Of a DNA stretch of 50,929 bases, positions 35,701-44,647 are shown piece by piece (the stretch's first letter is position 1; each line of letters starts with the position of its first letter). The notes beneath the pieces were generated by a model. The model was not told the DNA's origin and ran no database searches. It saw nothing but the letters and a program-made list of their open reading frames with translations. Source of the stretch: Girardia tigrina (taxonomy: Eukaryota); assembly GCA_001938485.1 (NCBI GenBank), contig MQRK01252856.1, forward strand, positions 1-50,929. Direction: 5' to 3'. The translations under genes were made by a program, and so were the position numbers.

Positions 35701-37635
35701 AAACCTTGAAGATGAAGAAGGTCGAGGTCGTCCAGTTGCTGTGAACAACGACAATTTTAGGACAATGGTGGAAACAGATCCCCGTACAACAATCAGAGAA
35801 CTTGCAGATAGGTTGGGCATTAGTCATTCAACAGTCCTGGATCATTTAAAACAACTTGGAAAAATCAAGAAACTTGATAAATGGGTTCCACATGATTTGA
35901 ATGAAAATCAAAAGAACCGACGCTATGAAATTTGTTCTGCCAATCATCTTCACAATAAAAACGATCCATTTCTTGATCGTATTGTTACCTGTGATGATAA
36001 ATGGATCCTGTATGATAACCGATGTCGATCTGCACAGTGGTTTGACAAAGATGAAGTACCGAAACACTTTCCGAAACCGACAGTTTGGTGGTGTGATGCT
36101 GGAATCATCCACTATAGTTTTTTGAATCCAGGTGAAACAATCACAGCGGAGAGGTACTGTCATGAAATTGATGAAATGCATAAAAATTGAAAACCATTTG
36201 TCCTGGATTGGTCAATCGAAAAAAGTCCCATCCTTCTTCATGATAACGCTAGACCTCANNNNNNNNNNNNNNNNNNNNNNNNNNNNNNNNNNNNNNNNNN
36301 NNNNNNNNNNNNNNNNNNNNNNNNNNNNNNNNNNNNNNNNNNNNNNNNNNNNNNNNNNNNNNNNNNNNNNNNNNNNNNNNNNNNNNNNNNNNNNNNNNNN
36401 NNNNNNNNNNNNNNNNNNNNNNNNNNNNNNNNNNNNNNNNNNNNNNNNNNNNNNNNNNNNNNNNNNNNNNNNNNNNNNNNNNNNNTGTATTGATGCCAAC
36501 GGTTCATACTTTGATTAATAAACTTTTGTTTCTGTGAATTTGCACGTCTTTGAAGTTTGTGTCCCAAAACCACCATTATTTTTCGACCAACCTAATATAT
36601 ATATTAACCTAATATAATATCAATGTTTACTAAGATAAGTTAGCTGTAAAATATATTTTGTCATAAATCACATTGATACAATATTTTTATTATTTGTTTA
36701 AGACTCATTTTAATATCTGAAGAAGTAAAAAAAACTTTAGTGTAATTACGAAAATTGCCCCATGGTCATCATTATGTTTTTAATGTGACATTCCATTGCT
36801 GGGTTTTTGAATTTATAAATATAACTATTATTAGTATTATTCTTTTATAATATTATGTTATCTTATACCTAATCTATAGATACAAGATCTTAACGGAGAG
36901 GCAATATATTCAAATACATTTGTGTAAATATACGATATTCAAGATCGGCAAATTAACAGTTTCAAAACTAAATTAGAATTTATGTTTATAATTATAAATT
37001 ATTAAACAAAAACTTAAAAGTCGAATGTTTCACAAAACATTTTGTACAATTAACAACTTAAAAAACTTTCACTAACCATAATAATATATTATATTATTAA
37101 TTATATAATATATATTGAAATTATTTTTTACAATTCCTAATTTCTAAAAAATATTAAAAAAATAATTAAATCATTGATTTTTCTTATAGAATGAAAATTA
37201 TGAAAATTTAATATATTGAAAATTACGATATTGAGTCTTGGGTAATGTTGGTACTTCTGGATTTGTTACAGAGGGTGTTGTTATTGATGAAATTTGTGAA
37301 TAATTGGTTTGGGGTCTGCTATTTGAATAATTAGATACAATTGAATGGTTTGTAGGCTTGGTCTGTGGCTTTGGCATACCAGGCTCCCATAACAGATAAA
37401 TAGCTGTAATACTGTCGTATCGTTTCTGTTGTAAAGAGTCTGTTATTTGCTGAAGTGTGAAGCCCATACTTAAAAGAACATCTGTTTAAAAATAAATTAC
37501 AAATATATCTATCATTTAAAACTATTATATGATACCTATTTTTGATTGATCATTATAATCTATCTCAGGCTCATGAAATGGTTTCAATAAGCAATCTTCA
37601 TAACCAATATTTATCCAGTAATCTTTCATTATATC
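2257..37635 (-). CDS. par-1: MARK/PAR-1 family Ser/Thr kinase, partial multi-exon gene (CD linker, UBA, spacer, KA1)
   Basis: Exons 37536-37635, 37227-37481, 28067-28243, 27831-28023, 24849-24994, 24599-24803, 18763-18909, 18566-18649, 17908-18327 and 2257-2755 all have GT-AG boundaries and splice in frame (2226 nt). Motifs: [23 protein letters not shown] (post-kinase), [26 protein letters not shown] (UBA), [10 protein letters not shown] and [12 protein letters not shown] (spacer), KPRDFRFSF...LVAEIKRVL...QWEIE (KA1). Confidence 0.93.
2931..2936 (-). promoter_or_regulatory. UGCAUG (RBFOX-type) intronic motif downstream of microexon D
   Basis: catgca on the plus strand reads TGCATG in the pre-mRNA. 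Confidence 0.5.
2990..3025 (-). CDS. par-1: Candidate microexon D ([12 protein letters not shown])
   Basis: Boundaries ttatggcag|ACCC and ACGA|gtaagt; 36 nt, phase 2 to 2. TGCATG lies about 55 nt downstream. Confidence 0.72.
3484..3516 (-). CDS. par-1: Candidate microexon E ([11 protein letters not shown])
   Basis: Long pyrimidine tract, then tttcag|ATCC and ATGT|gtaagt; 33 nt, phase 2 to 2. Confidence 0.72.
4510..5482 (-). mobile_element. Internally deleted piggyBac transposon
   Basis: TTAA-CCCGTTGACTACCGG end at 5482 and a degenerate copy near 4510-4529. Fragments [38 protein letters not shown], and the C-terminal Cys-rich domain RRNCIVC...[18 protein letters not shown]. Confidence 0.88.
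5579..6115 (+). mobile_element. Truncated mariner transposase (HTH plus first catalytic D)
   Basis: [10 protein letters not shown]...VEDLQRSGR and [10 protein letters not shown]; frameshifted and 3' truncated. Confidence 0.85.
7377..7391 (-). CDS. Candidate 15 nt microexon F (ESKFR)
   Basis: Sequence ttgctgtcatttag|TGAGTCTAAATTCAG|gttaca; phase 2 to 2, stop-free; TGC just upstream of the acceptor. Confidence 0.45.
8009..8031 (-). CDS. par-1: Candidate microexon C (YLCTVGNT)
   Basis: Boundaries tttttatttatttag|TAT and ACAC|gtaagt; 23 nt, phase 0 to 2; restores frame after exon A (58+23=81). Confidence 0.55.
8354..8359 (-). promoter_or_regulatory. UGCAUG (RBFOX-type) intronic motif downstream of microexon B
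   Basis: Minus strand reads gaTGCATGcgcgttgtgg within a UG-rich tract. Confidence 0.5.
8424..8456 (-). CDS. par-1: Candidate microexon B ([11 protein letters not shown]) with tandem acceptors
   Basis: Boundaries ttttgcag|Acag|ACATC and CAG|gttagg; 33 nt (phase 2 to 2) or 29 nt (phase 0 to 2) in the same reading frame. TGCATG lies about 65 nt downstream. Confidence 0.7.
8860..10130 (-). mobile_element. Degenerate non-LTR retrotransposon 3' fragment (RTE-like) with C2H2 finger
   Basis: [13 protein letters not shown]...PNIV...SECFAVDI resembles the RTE post-RT region; [24 protein letters not shown] is a C2H2 finger; many stops and frameshifts. Confidence 0.55.
10901..11082. mobile_element. Possible degenerate piggyBac-type MITE
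   Basis: ttaa-caccagaactat...accggtcaa on the left and accggtcaaagtaattctgg on the right. Confidence 0.3.
11967..11983 (-). CDS. Candidate microexon A2 (PMFT, 12 nt; or PMFTVR, 17 nt)
   Basis: Acceptor tgtatctag|CCC lies 67 nt after exon A. Donor is gtgagg (12 nt, phase 0 to 0) or AG|gtttaa (17 nt, phase 0 to 2); both are frame-compatible. Confidence 0.35.
12051..12108 (-). CDS. par-1: Candidate alternative small exon A ([19 protein letters not shown])
   Basis: Boundaries ataatag|GAAA and CTCA|gtaagg; 58 nt; open in phase 2; ends in phase 0. Confidence 0.6.
12960..13507. mobile_element. Foldback/MITE-like element with long (~250 bp) inverted arms and subterminal GACATCTCATCACA repeats
   Basis: Left arm gacatctcatcacattgttaatttcaacacattc...tacatttagaaat matches right arm atttctaaatgta...gaatgtgttgaaattaacaat...tgtgatgagatgtc. 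Confidence 0.75.
15104..16222 (+). mobile_element. Deleted hAT (Charlie/Buster-like) transposon
   Basis: TIRs cagtaccaggcaacct and aggttgccgactgttg; 8 bp TSD tacaaaat/cacaaaat; dimerization domain remnant [15 protein letters not shown]...EH..DCVRL.T..YEPD...QHQGSH*. Confidence 0.88.
17406..17562. mobile_element. Tc1/pogo-type MITE
   Basis: Ends tagttgaacctgtctaatccg and ccggaatagccaggttctactg-ta; internal repeats of ctaatccg. Confidence 0.65.
17908..18327 (-). CDS. par-1: MARK/PAR-1 spacer exon with aPKC-site-like motif and basic motif
   Basis: Boundaries tttcag|ATTG and AAAA|gtttgt; 420 nt, phase 2 to 2. [11 protein letters not shown] resembles MARK FPRG.SSRSTF; [13 protein letters not shown] resembles S.FSK.TSK. 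Confidence 0.9.
18566..18649 (-). CDS. par-1: MARK/PAR-1 spacer exon ([28 protein letters not shown])
   Basis: Boundaries ttatag|GGAA and TGAG|gtagac; 84 nt, phase 2 to 2. Confidence 0.82.
18728..18733 (-). promoter_or_regulatory. UGCAUG motif in the 113 nt intron between two symmetric phase 2 exons
   Basis: TGCATG about 30 nt after the 18763 donor. Confidence 0.4.
18763..18909 (-). CDS. par-1: MARK/PAR-1 spacer exon ([14 protein letters not shown]...PMDKLIE)
   Basis: Boundaries tttcag|TTTA and TTGA|gtaagt; 147 nt, phase 2 to 2. Confidence 0.85.
19426..19762. mobile_element. hAT-Charlie-like MITE
   Basis: 16 bp TIRs tagcggttcccaacct and aggttgggaaccgctg; subterminal gtacccc palindromes; partly conserved 8 bp TSD. 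Confidence 0.85.
19800..20690 (+). mobile_element. Highly degenerate mariner-like element
   Basis: Remnant [31 protein letters not shown] of the catalytic region; weak terminal inverted similarity. Confidence 0.5.
21500..22701 (-). mobile_element. Mariner element, degenerate transposase
   Basis: TA-flanked TIRs ttagg...aagtatgaaat and atttcatactt...cctaa; [20 protein letters not shown] and KWQKCVD fragments. Confidence 0.88.
23290..24464 (+). mobile_element. Mariner (DD34D) element with stops and frameshifts
   Basis: TA-flanked TIRs ttaggtcgatgcataagttt and aaatttatgcatcaccctaa; [21 protein letters not shown] and [13 protein letters not shown]. Confidence 0.95.
24599..24803 (-). CDS. par-1: MARK/PAR-1 spacer exon ([13 protein letters not shown]...GSNKNP)
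   Basis: Boundaries ttttag|ATAA and ATCC|gttagc; 205 nt, phase 1 to 2; follows a 45 nt intron. Confidence 0.8.
24849..24994 (-). CDS. par-1: MARK/PAR-1 spacer exon ([10 protein letters not shown]...RIHPHSN)
   Basis: Boundaries attag|AAAT and AATG|gtactt; 146 nt, phase 2 to 1. Confidence 0.82.
25151..25769 (-). CDS. Candidate MARK/PAR-1 exon spanning an assembly gap
   Basis: Strong acceptor ttttttttctag|AC at 25769, open in phase 1 (MCEILYL). After the gap an open frame reads [19 protein letters not shown]...LIKTW* with GT sites at 25157 and 25154. The interior is N. Confidence 0.35.
25919..26004 (-). CDS. Candidate alternative MARK/PAR-1 exon ([28 protein letters not shown])
   Basis: Higher-GC island bounded by aataag|G and CTA|gtaaac; 86 nt; open only in the phase 2 frame delivered by the upstream exon; ends in phase 1. 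Confidence 0.4.
26670..27420 (-). mobile_element. DD41D (rosa/Visitor-type) Tc1/mariner fragment
   Basis: FHQD-x41-D ([19 protein letters not shown]); upstream SDDSTFHL motif; one TA-CATGGTGATC end. Confidence 0.85.
27831..28023 (-). CDS. par-1: MARK/PAR-1 spacer exon ([13 protein letters not shown]...SEKESE)
   Basis: Boundaries ttttag|ATTT and CAGA|gtaaat; 193 nt, phase 1 to 2; follows a 43 nt intron. Confidence 0.82.
28067..28243 (-). CDS. par-1: MARK/PAR-1 spacer exon ([23 protein letters not shown]...GPATY)
   Basis: Boundaries aatag|CC and TATG|gttatc; 177 nt, phase 1 to 1; open Ser/Thr-rich frame. Confidence 0.8.
28695..30028 (+). mobile_element. Mariner element, Mos1/mauritiana-like; interior in an assembly gap
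   Basis: Near-perfect TA-flanked TIRs ttaggtgtacaagtatgaaatg; [19 protein letters not shown]...CERWFRRF and [20 protein letters not shown]. Confidence 0.93.
32273..32693 (-). other. GC/CpG-rich island with two overlapping short ORFs of unknown origin
   Basis: Markedly higher GC than the flanks. ORFs of 72 and 70 aa join into about 140 aa with one frameshift. No motif recognised. Confidence 0.35.
33040..33606 (+). mobile_element. Penelope-like element 3' fragment (GIY-YIG endonuclease), ending in a hammerhead and (TA)n
   Basis: [26 protein letters not shown]...SSILDH, followed by a hammerhead, AATAAA and (TA)n. Confidence 0.85.
33531..33567 (+). ncRNA. Minimal type I hammerhead ribozyme
   Basis: ATGA-CTGATGA-T-GCC(GTAAT)GGC-GAAA-CATG-TC|TTGT; intact core, palindromic stem III (ACATGT), GUC cleavage site. 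Confidence 0.85.
34341..34543. mobile_element. TA-flanked Tc1/pogo-type MITE
   Basis: TIRs ccgggatttttcgaaaataagcg and cgcttatttacggaaaatcccgg with TA on both sides. Confidence 0.85.
35355..36595 (+). mobile_element. Mariner element, cecropia/Hsmar1-like
   Basis: TA-flanked TIRs ttaggttggtcgaaaaataatgg; [54 protein letters not shown]; contains stops and an internal gap. Confidence 0.95.
37227..37481 (-). CDS. par-1: MARK/PAR-1 exon: UBA domain and start of spacer
   Basis: Boundaries aaacag|ATGTT and TATC|gtaatt; 255 nt, phase 1 to 1; follows a 54 nt intron. Encodes [32 protein letters not shown]. Confidence 0.92.
37536..37635 (-). CDS. par-1: MARK/PAR-1 exon: kinase C-terminal end and CD linker ([33 protein letters not shown])
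   Basis: Boundaries tttag|GAT and ATAG|gtatc; 100 nt, phase 0 to 1. Matches the MARK IMKDRWMN.G.E..ELKPY.EP pattern. Not in the ORF track. Confidence 0.93.
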
Positions 37636-38149
37636 CTAAATAAATAATATACATTAATTAATGTATCATTTCTATTTGTTTTTCAAGAAATGAATGTAAC
37701 GTTTATTTATAATAAGTTCAAATATTGTATATTCTTCTATAAGCAAAATTAACAATAATGTCATCACCAAAGAACTTTACCTATTCATGTTAAGTATTTA
37801 CAATTAGTTGGTAAAATTAATTATACAATGTGTAAAACTCACTCTTTATTCACTGACAAAACAAAAAAATAAACGAAAAGTGAGTTTTAACAGATATCTT
37901 GCGTTATGTTGGAAAAATAAAAAATCGTAAAAGAACAATCGAACTAAACTGACCTAACCAGTACGTGGTTAGATAAATTTAGTAATTCGATTAAAAATAA
38001 ATAACTTTGTAAACCAAATAAATTGTTTCGTATAAACAATTTTAATGACAGTATTAACACAACGTGTAAACAAATAATTACCAATATAAATCATCAAACT
38101 ATTTATGTCAAATATGTAATAGGCAACGATCGGAGGGTATGAATGTTAT

Positions 38150-38348
38150 TGTTAGGAAGAATATTAGTATTATTAAATTATTATTCAAAATTATAAACAT
38201 TCAAATAAATATTAATTTATATAAAATTATTTAAATGTGGTTCCAATTATTTCATCATTAATTCTCGCATTTTTTATGTAATTGTTTTAATTAGTAAATA
38301 TATTTTTGGGAAACGAAGTTATTGTGTAATTCTTATTAAAAACTAATA
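38150..38348 (+). repeat. 5' LTR
   Basis: TGTTAG...CTAATA, a direct repeat of 42855-43051. Confidence 0.95.
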
Positions 38349-39361
38349 TGGCGACCACGTTCAGTTATTGGAAAAATCTGGTTCCCGATACATACAATGG
38401 AGAAGATAATCTTGAAGAATTTATCGAAGAATGCGGAAGATTTTATGGAGTTTCCGGCACCGACCCCAATCTCAAAGGAATTATTGTGAAGGCTTTTATT
38501 TCAAAGGATTTAATTCCAATTTATCAGAAAGTGGATTCGAATATCGTGGAGTTTGATGAAAGGCTCAGAGCAGAATTTGCCAAACCTTCATCCCTTATTC
38601 AAAATTTCATGAATTTATATTCATATGAAAAAGGATCAGATGGAGCAAATTTATATTTCGACAAAATCGGGAAAATGGTAAGAAAATTATTGTCCCACAA
38701 ATGGGATGAAAAAGAATTGATGGCCTATTTCTTGGTACATTGTACGAGAAATGCCACAATTAAACGAGAATTGACTCTACGGGATGCCAAGGACATGGAT
38801 CAGATCAAAGATGTTATTCGAAAAATTGAAAATGTTGAAAAGGAAGAATCAATGCATATATCAGCAATGAATCGTAAAGAAACCTAGGCAAAAGTCGTTC
38901 AAAAGCGTCAACAGTATTCGAATTCACGGATTTATAAATCATCAATGGAAAAGACAAAATGGAGTCATCAAAACAAACCACAGCCGAGAAATTTAGTCGT
39001 ATGTTGGAGCTGTCAGATGCAAGGACATATTAGCTGGAATTGTCCAAACAAAAGCGTCCAGACCAAATGTCATGCATGTCAAAAACATGGGCATATTCGA
39101 CGAGAGTGCCCGAACATCAAATGCAGCCACTGTAAGAAAAATGGTCACTTTAGTTTTCAGTGCTGGCAAAAACGGGAAGAAAACTATATGAAGCAGAGAT
39201 ACTATCATGGAATGAAGGCCGACGGATCGAGAAAGAGCATTGCGGCATTGGATGAAAATCGTGATGGAATCGAGGGCTTTGATGACGAACACGAAGAAAG
39301 AGATCAGACCCCAAACGCTCAGGCTCCATTAAGGCGAGAGGTGATGGGAGCCATCTTTTAA
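38348..39361 (+). pseudogene. gag: Gypsy gag (one in-frame TAG) with three CCHC zinc knuckles
   Basis: ORFs 38348-38887 and 38945-39361 are in the same frame; CWSCQMQGHISWNC, CHACQKHGHIRREC, CSHCKKNGHFSFQC. Confidence 0.9.
39310..39352 (+). promoter_or_regulatory. Candidate -1 programmed ribosomal frameshift signal (C CCA AAC plus stem-loop)
   Basis: X XXY YYZ heptamer in the gag frame, 5 nt spacer, stem GGCTCC-ATTA/TGAT-G-GGAGCC; the -1 frame is open to 39699. Confidence 0.75.
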
Positions 39362-42300
39362 AATGTAAGAAATTTTTGGAACCATTTATTTGTAATTTAA
39401 CTTATTGTAATTGTAATAATAGTAATATTTTATTTGATAATTTTAATAGTAATATTTATTTAAATGATAATTTTATTAATAATTTTTATTTGAATGAAAA
39501 AAGTAATAAGAATGATGATAATGTGAATAATCTTTTTCAAAAGATAAACGAATTTAGTGAAAGTGAGCATAATAAAACATTTGTAAATCGGTATTCTAGA
39601 TTGTACGATAAGGATACTAAGAATAAAATTAAAAAAGAATTATGTCATTACGACCCAATAAAAACTAATTGCGAAAATGACCGATTATGTAATGTGTAGG
39701 GTAGTTGTATGTCAAATGTTCAACAAATATAGATGTATTATGTAATAATAAAAAAATAACTGCGGAATATCTAGATTGTGTAATTTTAAAATAAAACATG
39801 ACAAACTTGATGGACGACCCCGAATGATAGTTAAGTGTAATGATCTGTATTTTTCTTGTTTACTGGATACAGGCGCGCGAATAAATGTTATAGGAATAGA
39901 GGAAATTAATAGATTAGGAATAATTCCGGAAAAATATAGTAATGAAAGTATTATTTGTGCAAATGGAAGTGATTTAAGCATATTAGGAATTGTCTTTCTA
40001 AAGATAGAAATAGGTGAAATTTATAAGATAATATTGCAGATTATATTGCTGAAAAAGTATCACCATCTGTTATATGCAGTGTGGAATTTTTAAATACTTT
40101 TAAAATTTACTTAAAAATAGAGAATGAACAATTAAATAATAAAGGATTTAATTTTGATGNNNNNNNNNNNNNNNNNNNNNNNNNNNNNNNNNNNNNNNNN
40201 NNNNNNNNNTTTGGATTGCAGATACCTCATAATATTAGGGTGAAAAATATTCTTGATTTATTGAAAATAAAATTAGACTCTCCTTTATATGAAATAGTGA
40301 AGAAACATTTAGATGTATTTATGGCACACAAATTGGATGTGGTTTGTACAAAACTTTTGAAACATAAAATTATAACAAAAGGCGATCAGATTTTAATGAA
40401 ACTGAGAAGGCAACCAGCCAATTTAGAAGATAAAATTGAAGATCTGATAAAGAATCTGGAGGATAATAAGATTATCAAACGATGCGATTCGCCCTGGAAC
40501 ACACCCATGATTTGTGTGTGGAAAAAAGACAAACAAAAAATACGACTATGCTTGGATTTTAGATAGTTAAATAAAGTAACAGAAAAACCAGCATACCCTA
40601 TGCTTAACGTTGAGGAAATATTGGATTCTCTTAACGGAGCTCGTGTTTTTAGCACAATCGATTTGGGATATGCCTATTACCAAGTGGAGTTAGATGAAGA
40701 TTCAAAACTGAAAACGGCGTTTTCCACAAAAAGCGGTCAGTTCTGTTTTAACCGCATGCCATTCAGAATAGCTGCTGCCCCAGCAACTTTTCAAAGATTA
40801 ATGAATATTGTTTTAGGGTATATGCTTTGGAAGGAAGCTTTGGTTTATTTAGATGACATTCCTGTTTTCTCAAAGACTTTGGACGAACATATTTTTAAAT
40901 TAAATAAATTGTTTGATAAAATTAAATGCGCAGGTCTTAAAATAAACCCAGAGAAATGTCATTTTTTAAAACAGGAAACCAAATTTTTAGGTCACATGAT
41001 TGACGAAGAAGGAATTAGAACCGATCCAGACAAGTTAGAATCCATTAAAACATTTGAAAGACCGAAATGTATTAAAAAATTAAAAAGTTTTATGGGTCTT
41101 TGTAATTATTATCGGAAATTTATAAAAAAAACTATTCAAGTCTTGCAAGGAATCTAGAAACTTTCTGTGGCAGCAACAAAGAAAAACTCCTTTGGAACGA
41201 TGAATATGAAAAATCATTTTGTCAATTGAAGGAAGCTCTAACGAAAACACCAGTGCTAGCATATCCTGATTTCAATAAGGATTTCATTTTAGATACAGAT
41301 GCAAGTCACAATACGATTGGTGCAGTTTTATCTCAGTTAGATGACGAATGGAATGAAAAAGTAATTGCTTATGGATCACATGCTATGAGTAAACATGAAA
41401 TTGGATACTGCATAACAAGGAAGAAGTTGTTAGCAATTTATTTTTTCACAAAATACTTTAAGCACTATCTATATGGCAGACAGTTTACTTTAAGAATGGA
41501 TCACAAAGCAATAACTTTCATGGTGACAACGAAGAAACCTATAAAATCCCAGTTTCAAACGTGGCTAAACTTTTTAAGTAGTTTAGATATGACATTAGAG
41601 TATAGAAAGGTATTGCATCATTCAAATGCAGATGCATTATCAAGGAGAGATTGTGATATGTGCTGTCAATGTCAAATGCAACACGAGGAGTCTAAAAAAG
41701 GAAAGCTGAAGACCAAAGTTTTAGCATCATTTTCTGAATCAGATGTTTTCAAATGGCAACATGATAACAAAGAGATTGAGGAGATTAAAAGACGGATAAA
41801 TAATTATGAAATAGATGAATATACGTTAACCCAAGGAGTGATAATGACACACGATAGAAAAATATTGATTCCGGTTAATAATAGATGTAAATTTATTCAA
41901 TATATTCATTCAATGTTGTGTCATGCTGGTATAGAAAAAGTTTTCAATTACATAAAAGATACTCATGCAATGGAAAATCTTAAAGAAAAGGTTAAGGAAA
42001 TAATAGAAACGTATGAAGCATATCAAAAAAGGAAAGTATTAAAAAACAAGGACAAAAGAAGTTATAATCAAACAAAATGCGATTACCCATTTGAATCAAT
42101 TTTTATAGTTTTCTGTGGACCGTTAAAGGCTAATAAATATGACAAAAAGTATATAATATGTATAATTGAACAATTTAGCAGATATATTTCACTATCTGCA
42201 ATTGCTAAACAAGATGAAGAAACTACATCTAGAACTATTTTGAACAATTGGATATTGAAATTCGGTGCGTCAAGAATTATTCATGTTGATCGTGGAAAGA

Positions 42301-42860
42301 CATTTGAATAGAAATTAATTAGAATCATGTGTGAAAAATTTCATATCAAATTAGAGTTTTCAAGTCCATACCACCATAATACAAATGGTATAATTGAAAG
42401 GCAATTTAGGACTATTCGGGATTATATCAACACGACAAGTGAGACAGATAAAAGTAGGAATTGGGTTGATTTACTTCCAGAAATTGAATTTCATTTAAAT
42501 GCTACTGTGCAAAAATCATTACAAATGAATCCAGCAGAAATAATTTTCGGTTTTAAAATCAATAGAGAATAGGTTGATACAAATAGAGCTGGTAATAGAG
42601 AAGAACGGAAACAAACAGCTATCAAAAATCAAAATTTAATTACTTATCAAAATGACAATCGTAGAAATAGGTTTTTTGAAATAGATGACAAAGTGTTAGT
42701 AAAAAAAGAAGGTCGTGGGAAAGATGAACACAGGTATGAAGGTCCTTATCGAGTCATTAAAAAAATTCATGATCGCAGTTATGAGTTGGAAAACGATATC
42801 GGTAAAAAAATTATACGCAATATAGAATGGTTAAGGTCTTTTAAGAAAGGGGGATGTTAG
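39310..42860 (+). pseudogene. pol: Gypsy pol (PR-RT-RH-IN), disrupted
   Basis: LLDTGA; SPWNTP...RLCLDFR; MPF..AAAPATFQR; YLDD; DTDAS...GAVLSQ; NADALSR; CHAG; VDRGKTF; PYHHNTNGIIER; GPY. Confidence 0.92.
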
Positions 42861-43051
42861 GAAGAATATTAATATTATTAAATTATTATTCAAAATTATA
42901 ATCATTCAAATAAATATTAATTTATAAAATTATTTAAATGTGGTTCCAATTATTTCATTATTAATTCTCGCATTTTTTAAGTAATTGTTTTAATTAGTAA
43001 ATATATTTTTGGGAAACGAAGTTATTGTGTAATTCTTATTAAAAACTAACA
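42855..43051 (+). repeat. 3' LTR
   Basis: TGTTAG...CTAACA, preceded by the PPT and followed by TSD GTTAT. Confidence 0.95.
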
Positions 43052-44647
43052 GTTATAAAGTTTGGGATTTTTTTGGTTTAAATGAATAGAAGTTGACAAC
43101 GGTATGGTGCGATTTGGTTGACTTGAGTTAGTGGAATTGAAAAGAAATTAGTGTAAGGAAACGATTCGGAAATCCATTGGTTGGCAATCCTCCTGGTTGC
43201 CAAAAAAATTTTTTTAATTTTGATTGATTGAAATATATTGATTGTAATTCAAATTTCATAATTATAATTATAATTTCTTTATATCTTTCCTTTTCAGATG
43301 TTTATTTTATATTTTCTTTCTTTTCTCTTTTTTTCTTCTTGAATATAAAATATAAATAAAAAATAATATAACACAAAATTAATACAAAAGGCATAAAATG
43401 TACCACAGGTGAATAAATTACATGGGAACAAAGATATCAGGCATTGCAAAAAGAAATCAGTTAAATTTAAAACAAATATTTATTAAATATACATATATGT
43501 CACTTGGTATTCTCGACGTTGTTACATAATAACAAAATTGTCCGACACTCACAATCATCAACGAAATGCTTATTGAAATAAAATATGAATTTTTGTCAGA
43601 GTCTACTACATAAGCCTTCCCCTAAAAACGGGGCGAAGTGTTTTCCTGTGTTTTGTTTTGTCTATTACACAATGTTTCGTATTTCCCAGGTAGAAGGTAA
43701 GGAATCCATTGCTACAACAGTTTGCAAAGCATTAGTATTTTTCGATCTCCAACGACAACGCTTATATTTCTGAATATCCTGATCAAAATCTGGTATTCAC
43801 TTTATCTATTTGTTTTGTGTTCCACAGTTTGATGGAATATTTATGATTATTAATGGTGAAAAATAAAATTAAATTTATGACAAGTTAAAAATACATTATT
43901 AATACATTGTACCCGGTTTGATAAAACTTTATTTGTTATTTCTTACATTTATATTATTAAAAGTCAAATATCTATTCTTATTTATTCTAATGTTTCATTG
44001 ATCTTTCTTGCAAGTTTTTTTACAATATTTTTTTATAATTTTAATTTTTTTAAATAATAAATGATAATATTATCGATTAATTAATAATATTTTCTATGAA
44101 ATTAATTTATACATTTTATGTATCAAATCGTACGAATTTCTCTCTCGGTATTTTAATATGCAAAAATAATAAGATCAAATTTATAAGTGATGATAACAAA
44201 CATTCTTCCCTTGGAGAACTCACTGTTGAAGAAGAGGATGCCAACATTCCACTCGTTATTAAATTATATTTAGTCTCGAATTATTGAGATTATAATAAAT
44301 TAATATTAATTTTTCATCTGTGAATGCGGTATGGAAACAGTGATAATGCTACATCTCTTCAATAGGATTCAATTCTTCTGTCGTGTTTAGGATTGCATGA
44401 TAAAAATATAAAATGTCATTAAATAAAAAAAGCTTTATATTTTTAAAATAAATTTTAAATGAGCATCTATTAGTATTATATAAATCATTTGTTTGTTACA
44501 AAGAGAAATATTGTTTGAATAAAATATTGTTGTTCAGAAACTAAAAAATAAGTTATAAAATTAAAAATTAAAAAATTTATTATCGAAAAATATTTTATTT
44601 TTTAAAATATTATATTATCCTCGAATTTTTACACAATCTACATTTAA

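Larger units (their letters stand above)
38150..43051 (+). mobile_element. Full-length Ty3/Gypsy LTR retrotransposon (degenerate gag-pol)
   Basis: LTRs at 38150-38348 and 42855-43051 differ by about 5 substitutions and a 2 nt indel; 5 bp TSD GTTAT; PBS TGGCGACCACG; PPT aagaaaggggga. Gag with 3 CCHC knuckles, protease LLDTGA, RT YLDD, RNase H DAS and integrase in Gypsy order. Confidence 0.97.

Noticed and set aside
38885-38887. In-frame TAG in gag as programmed readthrough
   Set aside because: The element has many other stops and frameshifts, so a point mutation is the simpler explanation.
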